Source: Eledone cirrhosa (Eukaryota). From it: a stretch of 64,000 nt of DNA. The position numbers were made by a program, and so were the translations under genes. Where the stretch lies: positions 69,936,001 to 70,000,000 of the forward strand of contig OZ024740.1 of assembly GCA_964016885.1 (NCBI GenBank), read 5' to 3'. Positions 38,302 through 53,210 of this stretch are shown here, piece by piece (positions within the stretch are counted from its first letter, which is position 1; each line of letters starts with the position of its first letter). A model generated the notes under the pieces. The model was not told the DNA's origin and made no database searches. It saw only the letters and a program-made list of their open reading frames with translations.

Positions 38302-39180
38302 CACGGATAAGCGATATAATAGGGTTTAATTTTAAGCATTAACATATGTTTCATTGCCTAATAAGCAATTACTTATGTCTTGAAATCGCTATCATCAATG
38401 ATTGATTGGCTATTGTGAAATTTGATTTTAAATACACAAAACAATGAAGTCACTAAGTGAATTATCAAAATACTGCTCATGGATTTAGCCTCACAGCGAG
38501 ATAGACAAAATAGTTTCGATATTACTATGGGATCTAGTGACTCAGCGCAAGTCACAGATATAGTAGGAATTTACATGGCCCATAATGTCCAAGGAGAAAT
38601 ATATAGAGACGATGCGTTTTTACTAGCTAAGAACATAAATAACTAGAACCTGGAAAGATTACAAAAGAACATTAGGGTATTTTTCAGTAGACTAGGCCTC
38701 GAAATTACATTCGAGCATAATTTTAGAAAAGTTAATTCCTTAGATGTAATACTCAACTTAAACACAGGAATATTAGAAACTTTCCATAAAAATAATGAAA
38801 ACTGAGCATACATGAACTATCAATCAAACCACCCACGTTCCATAATGAATTCGGTAACACGTAGTATATCCCTTAAAATATCCAGTCTATCAACTGCACT
38901 AGAAATATTTAATGACCATGCAGAGTATTACAACAGTGCATTGCGTAAAGCAAGTCATAAAGGGCTCGAATATATCTACGATAAAGATCATAGCAATCAT
39001 GTACCTAACAAGTATAGTGCTCACCATAATACGAATATTAAACATAGAATTAGGTGTAGGAATAAACAGCCTAGACAGGGAATAATACAGCTTGCTAAAC
39101 AAACTAAGAACTTAAGAATTTCAAAATAATCTAGAAATAGAGAATATGTCCACTTCATGGCAAATATACCAAATTTACTT
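38300..39180 (+). mobile_element. Degraded Neptune-type RT fragment
   Basis: FDITMGSSDSAQVTDIVGIY, IYRDDAFLL, NYQSNHPRSI..AEYYNSAL. Confidence 0.88.
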
Positions 39181-39289
39181 ATATCTCAAGCAAATAAATA
39201 AAATCAATTTCAGGCCATTCGCTTTCCAAAGTCACCTGACTACTCCTCCCACACACCCCACACACTCGACACCTCCAATAAAATTTGGA

Positions 39290-39815
39290 TATCTTTCTTA
39301 AGTAGGTTAAGCTTCTATTGTCTTAATGCAAATAAATTAAATTTCAAGGTCCTCTGCTTCTTATCTGTAAACTAGAAATAACCCCAAATGTTCCTAAAAT
39401 CTCACTATTAGCGCCAAGACACCTACTAAACTCCGTATCAGAAATTTCTCTTTGTATCCCTATCCTACCATGTTATAAAAGTTTATTCACTACCTCCGTA
39501 AAAACATTAATCTGGCTACTTATCCTACCATAGCGTATAACTTGGGTAGATAACACATTGTTTCCTAAAGTTATTGGCGCAAAGTTAGATGCAAAGGGCA
39601 TCCAAGCCACCTTAAAGCTAAATTTCTTAGTTTTTTTTAGACATTTGTAACTACCGTCTCGCCGACAATCTCGATAGTGACGTCTAAATAATTCACCTTC
39701 CTAATGTCACATCAATTCCTATTCACTTCTAAAATCTTCAGCAAACCCCCGAAATGCGTATAATTAGGAACAAATTTATCATCAATACACATACCACATC
39801 CATCCCATTACCTAA
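39290..39815 (-). mobile_element. Degraded Penelope-like RT-thumb of a different clade (Naiad/Chlamys-like)
   Basis: Manual translation CIDD..VNYLDVTIEIVGETVVTNV*KKTKKFSFKVAWMPFASNFAP..LSTQVIRYGRISS. Confidence 0.6.
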
Positions 39816-40957
39816 TTATAAATATATTAGAGAATAAAAATTAAATCGATAGAAACATTTATACGGACTGCCAATAATAGAGCTACTGTTATCTGGTTAG
39901 CAGATCGTTTATATTCAACGTTGCACTGGGTCACGAGCTGTAATGTAGACGTAATTCATCGCCAGTTTTAATACAACACCTGTCTTTTAGATGTCTTTAG
40001 TGAAGTCCACCCTGTTGCAAGATTGCGACCCAGGTTTCCTCTCAAAGGATACCTTTCTCACTCCCTCCCACCAATCTTGAAAGTCCAAAATATAGTCTTG
40101 GGCACAGCTCTTTTGTCAAGCAACAAATAAAAGAAATTAAGTGAGTCACTTTAATTTAGTAAAATGGAATTTTATAATATCCAAGAGATGCCTTCTACAC
40201 GAAGAACGTATAGTTAAATCCAAGCCAACATTTATAATTTAGTGAGCCAAACAAATAGTTGTAATCAACTGAAATGACACTCGTAATGAGAAGATAAGTC
40301 ATTAGTGTTAATGAGATTTCTTCTCAGAATTTAAATCAGTTTAAGAATATATAGAATGAAGTTCTCTAGTGGAGAGTGTGTCTAATCTTCGGTAAATACT
40401 TTGACAACTCAGGGCATGTTTTAGTCTTATTGAGCTTCTCAAATCAGTGAAGTATATTCTAACCCTATTCTACTTGCTCACACTTAACTACAAGTTCATA
40501 TAGTTCATTGCCGTAAGCTGTAACAGATGTTTGTAAATTACACAAATCGGTTCTGTGAGGTTAAGTGCTGATTTCCACTCCACACGTGGGAATGTTACTT
40601 ACAATAGGTTGGATATTGTTTCACATCTACCTAATGCACTGTCAAATTTTGGAAAAACCTCAAATGTGTGAAGCGATAATATTTAACTAAGAAAATACCA
40701 TTCAGACATTTTTGCTTTCAAATAAACTCTCTCTTATTTGCTAATTATACTTTAAAAAACATCCATAGACCTTCAAAACTATGCATAATAGCATGTCTAT
40801 TGTATATGCTAGGCACCATACGAGTAAGATATATCTAAATTGCTTAAATAGTCGGAAATTAAAGTCAACACTCGTAATTTTATCTAATAATACTATAAGA
40901 CTCTGGTGCTAGTAAATTTACAACAAAGAGCCGTTGTTGTTCAATTTCAAACCCTAC

Positions 40958-42712
<1,755 letters not shown>

Positions 42713-42759
42713 CTAGGGATAAGGATTAACCTCTCTGATATCACCAGAGCAATTAAAAC

Positions 42760-43905
42760 ACATATATGTGACACGTCCTATGAAGATGAAATTCGGTCCA
42801 AGTTGTTAAAAGTCTTAAATGAAGAAAGAATGCTCTAGGTCTCTGGGAAGGAACCAAAGCAATAGCAATCGGGAATGATAATCCCAATTTTCGTAATGGG
42901 GAGATAAGAGAAATTGCTCTAATTATAGTGGAATCTCCTTGTTATGCCTCCCCGGTAGTATCTACGCTAAATGTCTGACAAAAATAACCAACGAACAACT
43001 GGTTTTTCGCCTCGGACCGAGTACTGCCAACCAAATAATCACTCTGAGGCAAGCTTTCGAGAAGTTGTTGGACTATTTCCTTGAGGTGCATGCTTGTTTT
43101 GTGTTGTTAATCTCAGATAGACATAAGACCACAGGACATTATGGGACAGGATCTTCAGGAGTATGGGATAGATGAGCAGCTTCTTGTTGCCACAAAGTCA
43201 CTATATGAAAGCTCTAGTATTTGTGTTCGGACAAAGGTTGCTAAATCGAAACCATTCAGAATGGGTGTCGGACTCTGCCAAGGGTGCCTCTCCTGTTCAT
43301 TATTTTCAGGATTGACATATGCAGCCAAGTTAGAAGTGGTACCAATTCCCACGAGTGTGGGACCAGTCGAGTGGCATTCGCAAAAAAAAAAACATGGTAC
43401 AACTTAAATTGTCGGAAAGGGATCTCCGCCATATACTGGTTAGATTTGCTTCCTAGTGCTACAAGGCAGTAATGAAAATCAGTATTGTGAAAAATTATAC
43501 ATTCGTCCACTCAAAAATGGTTGTGCAATGCACTCTGCATGTGAGTGGAATTTCACGAAACCAAGCGAAAAAGTTAAATTATCTCGAAGCTGTTTTAACG
43601 AATGGTGAATCATGTACAAGAATTTCTAGAGCTGGTGCAGTAATGCTTCAGCATTGTCACCAGAAGAGATGTAAAAGCCGATCTCACTATCTTTCATTCG
43701 GCATCCGTCCGTACACTTACCTATGATCATGAATCTTAAACAATGAGCGAAAGTATACGATCGTTAACAGATGCGTCCGAAAAGAGTTCATCTCAAAGGT
43801 CTTCGGGTTAATGTGAGTCGATAAGGTGCGTAGCTTGGAAATAAGAAAGTCGCGAAAGGTAGAGTCGCTAGTTCTCCGAATTGAGAGATTAGAACTCCGA
43901 TATCA
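42760..43905 (+). mobile_element. Degraded RTE-like LINE RT
   Basis: IIPIFRNGDKRNCSNYSGISLLCLPGSIYAK, FRLGPSTANQIITLRQ, SKPFRMGVGLCQGC, NYLEAVL. Confidence 0.75.
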
Positions 43906-44159
43906 TTAGTATATTATTATAATTTCTCAGGAACGCATCGCTGGAAAGATTTTAGCAGGAGACCCAGGAGTTGACCACGAGCAAGATGGTGGATAACATC
44001 CATCATCTCGTTTGGTCTCGTTTGAGTATCCAGCCAGATATTTTGGAGGCGGTTGCCCTGAAAGACGTGTCTGAAAACTCTGCTCCCACGAATCTTGAGG
44101 AATATGTGGGCGAAGAAAACATTTAATCAGAACTATATCCGTTTGTTTCACCCTTAAAT

Positions 44160-44237
44160 AATTGTTTCTACTTTTGGCACAAGGCCAGCAATTACCCAAT
44201 GCATTACTGGTACTTTATTTTATCAACCCCGTAAGGA
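44160..44237 (-). mobile_element. SINE 3' fragment
   Basis: Reverse complement of ccttacggggttgataaaataaagtaccag...gctggccttgtgcc. Confidence 0.8.
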
Positions 44238-47200
44238 TATCAATGCCCAGCTGGTAGAGGGCGGTGAACGCTTGGAGATATTCCAGCATCCAAGTACTAT
44301 CCATCGGTCTTTTTCTGATCCAGGACTGCAGCTCCGTCAAGGAGACGAGCTGGGGGAAAGCGTGTCTGGGAAACGGCGACCACACCTGTTCACCGTCAAG
44401 GAAGCACCAGGGATGTCGCAGCCTCGGCGCATGTTTGAGCATCATCAGTCACGGCATGCCCAGTCCTCCACGCAACGGGTGTTGATAGCAGATGGATCGT
44501 CTGACCATGGGAGCACGTCCCTTCCACAAAATGCGGAAGAGAAGGCGCTCCATTTTGGTGAGAGTTGGACGGGGGCAAGGTACGACGGTCAGGCAGGAGC
44601 AGATAACGGACGCGATGTACGCATTCGTCGCCTCCGCCCGCCCTTTTCTGGTTTATCTTTGCTCCTGTCACCGCTTCGAATTCCTTGAGAGCGGTGGCGA
44701 GCATCTGGACATGTTTGGTGCTCGACACCACCACGGTGACGTCGTCGGCGTAAGCTGACATGGATCTCCCGCATCCCAGTTCACGAGGGACCCCGCTCAT
44801 GGTCTCCAATTTGAGCAGTAATGGTTCGAGAGCCTGTACATACAAGAGGGATGAGAGGGCACAACCCTGGCGGACCGAGTGCATGATGCTGAACGGCTGA
44901 GACAGGTGACCATTCACCTTCACAATCGAGCAGGTGTCGCTGTGCATCGCAGCGATCCAGCCGCTAAAAGCGGGCCCAAAGCCGGCCACCTCGACGACCG
45001 AAGCCAGCTACCGATGGTCGACACTATAAAATGCTTTAGATTGATCCAGCTTTAGATTTAACCACCCTCTATATGATGTATCGCATGAGATGGAGTTGTC
45101 CTGGATGGATCTGTCGGGAATGGCGCATGTCTGCGCCTCTTCCACCAGATCACCGACGACAAGCGCCAATTTCTTTGCTAACACCTTGGCCAAAATCTTG
45201 AACTCTGTGTTTAGCAGAGTTATGGGCCTGAAGTTGTCTATAACTTCCCCCTTGTTCGGGTCTTTTCTCAGCAGCGCCACTGCTCCCGTTCTGCTGCCAG
45301 TTGCAGTAGACATCTGCCAAGAGGTCACCGAACAAGTCTGGCATGTATTCATGTATGCATACCATCCAAACCTGGCGATTTACCCCTCGTGCAGTTAGAC
45401 ATTGCTTCCCGTATTTCACCTGCTGTTATCGCCCTTTCGCAGCACTGCGCTGAGGTTGTCGAGAGCCACGGCATCCCGTCGAGGTATACACCGAAGTTCA
45501 TACTGCGATCCTGCCCACCACCGCCCCCGAACAATTGAGCAAAGTGCTGTTGAAAAGCCGCACACATCTGCTCGGGTTCGAGCAATATGCGCCCGTTTTG
45601 ATCAGGCAAAAACCGTATCGTGGATTTGTTGCCACGTCGCGCCTCCATCACCCGGGCCCATTGAACGGCTTTCGTCCCCTCGTGTCTCAGAACAAGCACT
45701 CTAGCTCTGACAACGCATCCCTGGTGGTTTCCGTTGAAGATTTGGTCGAGTGCCAATCTCGCCGCAAGCACGTCGGTTGCGATGCCTGTCCTAAACGCCT
45801 CTTCTAGTTTTCTAACTGACTCTCCCTATACTCTATTTTCCTCTATCGCTACTCCTTTGCTAAACCTTATCGATTCTACTCTAATAGCCCTTTTCAGGGT
45901 AAACCACCACCTGTTGTTGACGATCGCACCCGTCAACGCACGCTTAACTAATTCGCTAATTCGGTCTCTATGGAGTCTATCTAAGTCAACTTCACGGGTC
46001 ACGAATGTGTGGTCTGTGTAGTCGACTACTTTAAATTGTGGACAACCTACACTAGCCTTATCTGTTTCCCTACAGAATACCCTATCTAAATACGATCTGG
46101 ATGACTCGATTCGGTTTGCCCATGTCCACATTGGCGCATTCGGATAATCCAGTCTATACCTGTCAGACAGTTCAAAACGTCTGAGAAGGTTGTTGAGGCT
46201 TTTACACCCTCCTGCTCTGTATACTAGCCCCACATAATCCCAGCGTGCATCTAAGATACCGTTCCAGTCGCCCACTAACACTAAAGAGCGGGACGTTCCA
46301 AGAAAGGTGTCTAGACGTCTGAATAAATCTGGCCATTCTGCCCCTAGTGGGGCGTAGACGACTACTAGCCTGTAAGCATTGCCTTCGCTGCCGGTCACGT
46401 CCAGCACCAACGACTTACCTTCTGGGTCCAGGAAGATAGTACGTATGGCGAGATCCAAGCCTCTCCGAAAAATCACAGCAACTCTTCCCCCCGATCCTGA
46501 ACGGCTGGGAGATGCGTATACATCGTAGCCGCTAAAGATCGGTGCGAAGGCTCGTGCTTTGGAGATTCTGGTCTCGCTGATGGCCACCACATCTATGTTT
46601 AGTGACCTGAGGTCGTTGAGCAGGTGGCCCTGCTTCCAAGATGACCCTAGGCCACGTACATTTATAGTGCCCATTCTAAGTACGGACATGTTGGATGAGG
46701 AAGGGGTCAAGTGAGAAAGGATCATTTACCTTGATCGTGTGGGGAAGGGACAGTAGAACCGTCCCCTCGACTGGACATGGGTGTCTCCAAGATGATATCT
46801 TTGTAGATTATCTTGGAGCGTGACCCTCTGAAATCCCCCACGCAGTTGCGGAATTTTTTTTTTTTTATTGTTTGTAGTTTTCGAGTTCAATTTCTACAAT
46901 GTTAATGTTTTTTGGTAATGTTCTTGGTATTGGTGGTGTGTGGTAATTTACGTCTGAAATATCGGTGTGCTTTTTTATGTGTTCCATTAGTCCTTGGTGT
47001 GCAATGTGTACTTTTTGGGAGGAGGGTGGTTTTGTTGGTGTTCTCTTATTGTTGCTGTTGGGAATGTGTGCCTTGTTGTGTTTGTGAGGTTGGTGTTTTT
47101 GGTGATGCTGGTGGTGGTGGTGTGGTTGTTGTTGGTGGTGATGCCTGTGGTGGTGATGGTGATGGTGATGGTGTTGCTGCAAGTCTCCTTGCAGTCTTTA

Positions 47201-48896
47201 TTCTTCTTTCTTCACCTTCGCTTTTGGAGAGAGAAGCTGTTATGTTTTTGCGTTTGTTCTTTTTGTTAACAACTGTTTTCCACTCCTCAGCCGCCTCATA
47301 CTCCATTTCCGACTGTGAGAGGTCGGGGAGGGGTATGAGTTCTACCCTCTCATTTGTCTTTGTTGTTGTTATTGGTGGTGGTGGTGGTGGAACCTGGTCT
47401 GCCGTTCTTGGCATTGTTGCAGCTAGTGCAACTGTTTCTATTGCTACAGCTGCCGTCGCTGTTTTTGTTGGCTGTGGTGTGGGTGCCACGGACATTGTCT
47501 TCCTATTCTCTGTAGAAGCTCCCGACTTTTTCGCTGATCGCTCTGTTTCTGATGGCAGCGGTTCCGGCGTTGGAAAGAGGGGGATTCAGAAAGCCCTGAG
47601 GTGAGACTTTGATCCACAGTTGAAGTACTTTGGGCGCCTTCCTTCAACAGATATGGGAAGTTGGGAGCCATGCCCGAGGTCTATTACGTCGGGAATAGCG
47701 CTGATGCAGTCTTGGTCGGTTTGGATGAGCAGCTCCATTCCAATACTGGACCAGTCCACTCTCCCCAACTTCTGTGCCTGCAGAATGGTTGTTTTATCTA
47801 CGATGCCCTTAAGAACAGACACGACTAGCCAAGGCACGGGTACGTAGGGCGGAACCTGGTTTGCCTTGACCTTTGCAATTTTTTTCCCGCAGTAAAACGG
47901 GACTAATGTTATGTCATCACTCCGTAGGGTCCTCAGTGACTGCGATTTTGCTTCCTGGGTGGTAGCAAAAAGGACGTCCACAGTAGCATATTTCTTGCCA
48001 CGCGTGATGTGGGTCTTTCGTGCCCAGACATTTCCCAAGGCCTTCTGAGTTTGGGCCTCCGAGGTTTTCTCCACACGACGCGATTTCGTGGCAATCGTGC
48101 GGTACGACACTGTGCGTCGCTCTTGTTCCTCCAGGAAGTCGGTTGGTGGTTTCAAGGACACTGAAAATTCAGTTCTGGTTAGCATGTCTGGCGACTGCCA
48201 TCTCCTCCTCTGTGATCATGACTGTTTCTACGTTGGGAGTTACCATTGCAAAAGAGATGGTCATTTTTTCAGTGGTGTCATAGTTGCCACCGCTACTGCT
48301 GCTACTGGTCTTGTTGTTTGTGGTGGTGATGTTGTTGCCACTGCTACAGACGGTGTTGTTGGTGTTGCTGCTGCTGCTGTTGCTGCTGCTACCACAGGTG
48401 TTATTGTTAATATTGCCGCTGCTGCTGCTATCTCCTTTGTTGTCAAATGCATCAGCAGCAGCCGCTTCACGACCGCCGCTTGATGAAGAGGAAGGAGTGG
48501 CATTCGCCTGACTTTTTACTATGTGACGATGAAGAAGACGGAAAGGAAAGCGAGACTCCACGCTGAAATCTGGGCGAAGAAAGAGAAGGTTGAGAAGGAT
48601 ACCTTGCTGAATGGGTAATTTTTGATTAGATACATGGCATGGAAATAGATTTTTTGAATGACGCCATTTTTTCTTCTTTTTTTTTTGGGGGGGGGGGGGG
48701 GGGGGCGTATTTGCTAAATGCAAAGTTCAAATCGGTATTTAGCCCCGAAGGGCTAAATACCGATTAATTTCGACCACTTCAAAAGAAGCGGGGTGTGTTT
48801 AAACACAAAATATGATTTTTACATTAAGTTCGCAATAAAAACTGTTCAAAAATCACAAACTAACGGGAACAAAATTTCCTGCGACGTGTATACTTC
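44238..48896 (-). mobile_element. Tx1/L1-clade LINE, 5'-intact, 3'-truncated, with internal deletions
   Basis: ORF1 pieces (RGKKYATVDV, YFNCGSKSHLRAF), APE ORF 45826-46725, RT pieces (NFRPITLLN, VRQGC, AYADD); 5' end abuts (AAC)n. Confidence 0.92.
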
Positions 48897-48951
48897 TACA
48901 ACAACAAACAACAACAACAACAACAATGAAAGTTGGGTAACGTATCTTTAC

Positions 48952-49064
48952 CTGGTTATCTTCAATATTGCATAAATATGAAGTTTTCGCTGGACTTCAC
49001 GTATCAATCACTATCCTTATGTTATTGAAGATATTGCACTCGAGTGTTTCAATGAAATACACAT
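48952..49064 (-). other. Candidate exon with internal TGA
   Basis: acag acceptor, CAG|gtaaag donor; (D)VYFIETLECNIFNNIRIVIDT*SPAKTSYLCNIEDNQ; ends in phase 0. Confidence 0.22.
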
Positions 49065-49724
49065 CTGTGTCACAAGGTAATATATACTTATGTTTCCATT
49101 CGTATCACTTGATCAGAGAGTTGACACTGTGTGTGTGTGTTTGTGTGGCTGCGTGCATATGTGAAACATATTGTAGTCTGGGTCGGACAAAAATATCCAG
49201 TGGAATTCGTGAGGTCAAATAACATCATATAGAATGGGAGAAAGGAAATCTTATATATATCGACTGAATGAGAAACAATTTATTTTTAACTGATTTTAGA
49301 ATGAAAATATATGCTAACAGCTAGGGTGGACTATTATATTTTAGATACATTTTACATAAGAACCTGACAATATTTACGTTCCATTCATAAATATATTTAC
49401 AATGCCCCTAACGAATGCCTCTCATACCTGATAAACAAACCAATAATTAATGAATTGAGTAAAGTTCTAGTAGTTAATATTATACTTTTCTAATGGACCA
49501 GACTTGTAAAACACTTTATATAATCAGTGCTACCTGAAATCCGTCAACAGAAAAGAATATTACATACTTTCCCTCTGAAAACGTCACAAAACCCATTTTC
49601 TGTAATCGGTAGAACGTTATGCGATTTGAATCTTAAGTCTTATACGTAAACATGTATAGAAAATAGTTTGAGGAAGAAATGTTAGATATATTGGTGGCTG
49701 ATAAATATTTTACTAATTCCAATA

Positions 49725-49783
49725 ATTAAAACACGGCCGTATTAAAACGCCGCATAACGGGGTATAAACATAGATGCAAACGT

Positions 49784-49861
<78 letters not shown>

Positions 49862-50285
49862 ACACACATGAATGTATTCCTGTCTGTTTGTTTGTTCACG
49901 AACTACTCCTATGGTTTTGGAGATAGACCACCATAACCATATATATTCTGAAACTACATTGCCCAGAGTACTTGGATAAATATATTTCATTTTAATCAAA
50001 GGGTTAAACCCCTTATTAGGGTTCCCCGGAGGCACAAACACCCGCTGAAAGTTTTTTCCCTTCGATTTATATGAATTTTAAACCATATGTAAAGGATAAG
50101 ATATGATGCCTAGTCACAAAAAATTAGCAAATTTCAATAATATTAAGATACCCTAATGGGGGTTAAACCCCCTATTAGCGTTCCCCGGATGCACAAAGCC
50201 CCGCTGAAAATGTTGTTGCATTTTTTTCTTAAATACACATGATGGTGGTACGATGTGTGTATTTTTAAAAAAATGCAACACTAGT
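49725..50285 (+). mobile_element. Possible Helentron/HINE-like non-autonomous element
   Basis: (CA)n and gtctgtttgtttg motif, ~50-bp direct repeat (50002 / 50161), hairpin 50214-50280 followed by CTAGT. Confidence 0.3.
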
Positions 50286-50688
50286 CATTCGCAGATTTGC
50301 ATTTGCTGTGTAAACACAGATAGTTAAATCTTCTCCCTTGTTAAAAATCCAGGATTTGACTACTGTGAGTTTACGGATTAATGGTGAAATATATTTCTTT
50401 AATGAAATATATACAAGGAGGTTTAATCATTTTAAAAGTTATCTATATTTAAAGTTCTAGTTAAACTTTAATTAGTTACCTACCTAGCTGTGTGTGCTTA
50501 CACACTTTACAAATTATTTCCTGTGATTGTTTCATATGTTTATTTTATATATATATATATATATATATATCAATTTCTAGTTAATATAAAATGCTCGGAT
50601 CTATTTATTGGAATCTTTGAGCATATTCTACAGTGGATATGGCGTTTGTCTCTCGGACATGACACCCTTAATTTAATTTTGGATGTAC

Positions 50689-50757
<69 letters not shown>

Positions 50758-50862
50758 CATATATATATATATACCACCCCACCTCCACCCGCACTCTCAA
50801 GAGCGTGAAACTAATAAACCTTTGTTTGTACTGCCTCTCTGTTTTTGTTCCCGTTCCAGTTT

Positions 50863-50910
<48 letters not shown>

Positions 50911-50911
<1 letters not shown>

Positions 50912-51028
50912 AAGTATATGGTTACGCTCTGTAACCATATTTATTCCCTTACAGAAACTAATTAGTTGGAGTAAAATTTTAGTAAGTAAGTCAATTTTCA
51001 TAACTTTCTTGTTTACGTCTTTCATATA
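50911..51028 (+). mobile_element. Fragment of the ~536-bp family B
   Basis: cccttacagaaactaattagttggagt...ttacgtctttcatata, shared with 22357-22435 and 21898-21913. Confidence 0.85.
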
Positions 51029-51029
51029 T

Positions 51030-51815
51030 ATGTAAGTATGTATGTATACGTACATACATATATGTATACAGACGTACAGTAGTATGTATATATATACATA
51101 CATGCACACATATATATATGCACGTATCGGTTTACCGAACATTTATTATAATGCTCGGTTTGTTTGTTTGTAAAGGTGACGTGGTTGCCTAAACACTGTA
51201 CGGCGTAATTCGGGCTGTTTGTTTGTTTACAAACAAACAAACAAACCGAGCATTATAATAAATGTTCGGTAAACCGATACGTGCATATATATATGTGTGC
51301 ATGTATGTATATATATATATATATACATACTACTGTACGTCTGTATACATATATGTATGTACGTATACATACATACATACTTACATTTAAGTAAGTGCCG
51401 TACTAAGCGTGAGAAATGAAATTTCGTTTCATTCTATTCCATTTATCGTTTTCGGTGTGCCTGAACTCACTCGATATGCAAATTAGGCTGCTCAGCCGTC
51501 AATATGCATAAGGAAAGTATATACTTTCAGACGTTCAACCATCTGGCAGGAAGATATACGATGCTGACGATAGCTAATAAGCTTGAAACTAGTACATCGT
51601 TCCTGTGTCAGTGTTGAACAAAAAGGTGACGTGGTTGCCTAAACACTGTACGGCGTAATTCGGGCTGTTTGTTTGTTTACATGTGTGCATGTATGTATAT
51701 ATATATATACATACTAATGTACGTCTGTATACATATATGTATGTACTTATGCATACATACATACTTACATTTAAGTAAGTGCCGTACTAAGAGTGAGAAA
51801 TGAAATTTCTATTCC

Positions 51816-51820
<5 letters not shown>
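51030..51820 (+). mobile_element. ORF-less 450-bp tandem unit with hammerhead and inverted 5' segment (candidate retrozyme family A)
   Basis: aaaggtgacgtgg at 51172 and 51622; 51030-51174 is the inverse of about 51226-51386; (TA)n at the right flank. Confidence 0.85.
51558..51600 (+). ncRNA. Minimal type I hammerhead ribozyme
   Basis: ACGATG-CTGACGA-T-AGCT-AATA-AGCT-T-GAAA-CTAG-TA-CATCGT. Confidence 0.9.
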
Positions 51821-51855
<35 letters not shown>

Positions 51856-51862
51856 CCCTTAT

Positions 51863-51895
<33 letters not shown>

Positions 51896-51899
51896 CCCT

Positions 51900-51940
<41 letters not shown>

Positions 51941-52160
51941 ATGTAGAAAAGTAACACACGAGTTGACATATATCAAAACAAATAGTAGAAAGGAAAAATA
52001 TTCTTTCAGTAGAAAATGTTCACGAGTATGTATATATATATATATATGCCCATAGTATGGGGGGGGGGGGGTGATCTCTCAATTCGAAGAAATATCGGCT
52101 CTACCTCGAGTGACTCTCTGATCTCCGAACTACTCTATATATATATATATATGTGTGTGT

Positions 52161-52256
<96 letters not shown>

Positions 52257-52613
52257 TTGTATGTATGTACGTATGTATGTATGCATGTATATAGATGTAT
52301 ATATGCATGTGTGCGTGTGTCTGAAACACATAAAACACATACACATGCACACACATACACACACTAATACACATGCATATGTCTTTCCTTATGCAATTAT
52401 TCATGGCGCTCGAACTAGTTTCGCAGGCGTATTCAGCATACCAGAGAAAATATGCAATAATGATGTTATTTACTGGTGTGACTGTCAAATTGACTTTTAA
52501 GTGAGGTTTCTGAAATTGCTTTGACAATAAATATCACTTCAGCACTGGGTGATCATCAAATTGTCCAATTGGACACCATAGGAATATGTCATATGTTGTT
52601 TCCACGCGTGTAT

Positions 52614-52676
<63 letters not shown>

Positions 52677-53059
52677 ATATTTGGGGAGTGTCATATTGTT
52701 ATAATATTGCCAGAAATAATAATAAAATTGGATTGGTTTTCACTTCTGTATATTTTATATACCTATAGTTAATTCAGCTGACAATCAATGTTTATTATTG
52801 ATTGACCAACGGTTAAAAATATCGATATAATTATATATATATACACAGTCTATCAAAGTTCTTACATCACACACCTGTGACATCTTCAGTGGTACTCTTG
52901 TGTTTCCTCCCGTTGTATTGTATTGTCAACGCCATTTTTATATATGTGTGTGTATATATTTATATATACATTTCGTCGTTCTAGTTAAACCTATGTGCTA
53001 AGTGAATATGCTTCGCTGAGAATCTAATAAGATTAGAACATATATGTTGATTACAAAAG

Positions 53060-53210
53060 GATGCGTTTCTGATACCTTATTTCACCGATCAAGTAAGAAA
53101 AGGAAAAGTTAATATTGGCTGGATTTAAACTCAGAACGTAAAGTGCCGTAACTCTATGCCGCAAAGGATGTTGTGATACGCTCTACCGATACTGCCAATC
53201 CTCCTCCCAT
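53060..53210 (-). mobile_element. Degraded SINE
   Basis: ctctaccgatactgccaatcc head on the reverse strand; B-box remnant. Confidence 0.75.

Noticed and set aside
52405-52445. Minus-strand CTGAATA-CGCCTGC-GAAACTAGTT
   Set aside because: Core G8 is missing and there is no stem I.
52855-52895. Minus-strand CTGAAGA-TGTCAC..GTGAT hammerhead-like string
   Set aside because: GAAA is absent and stem I does not pair; at best a decayed relic.
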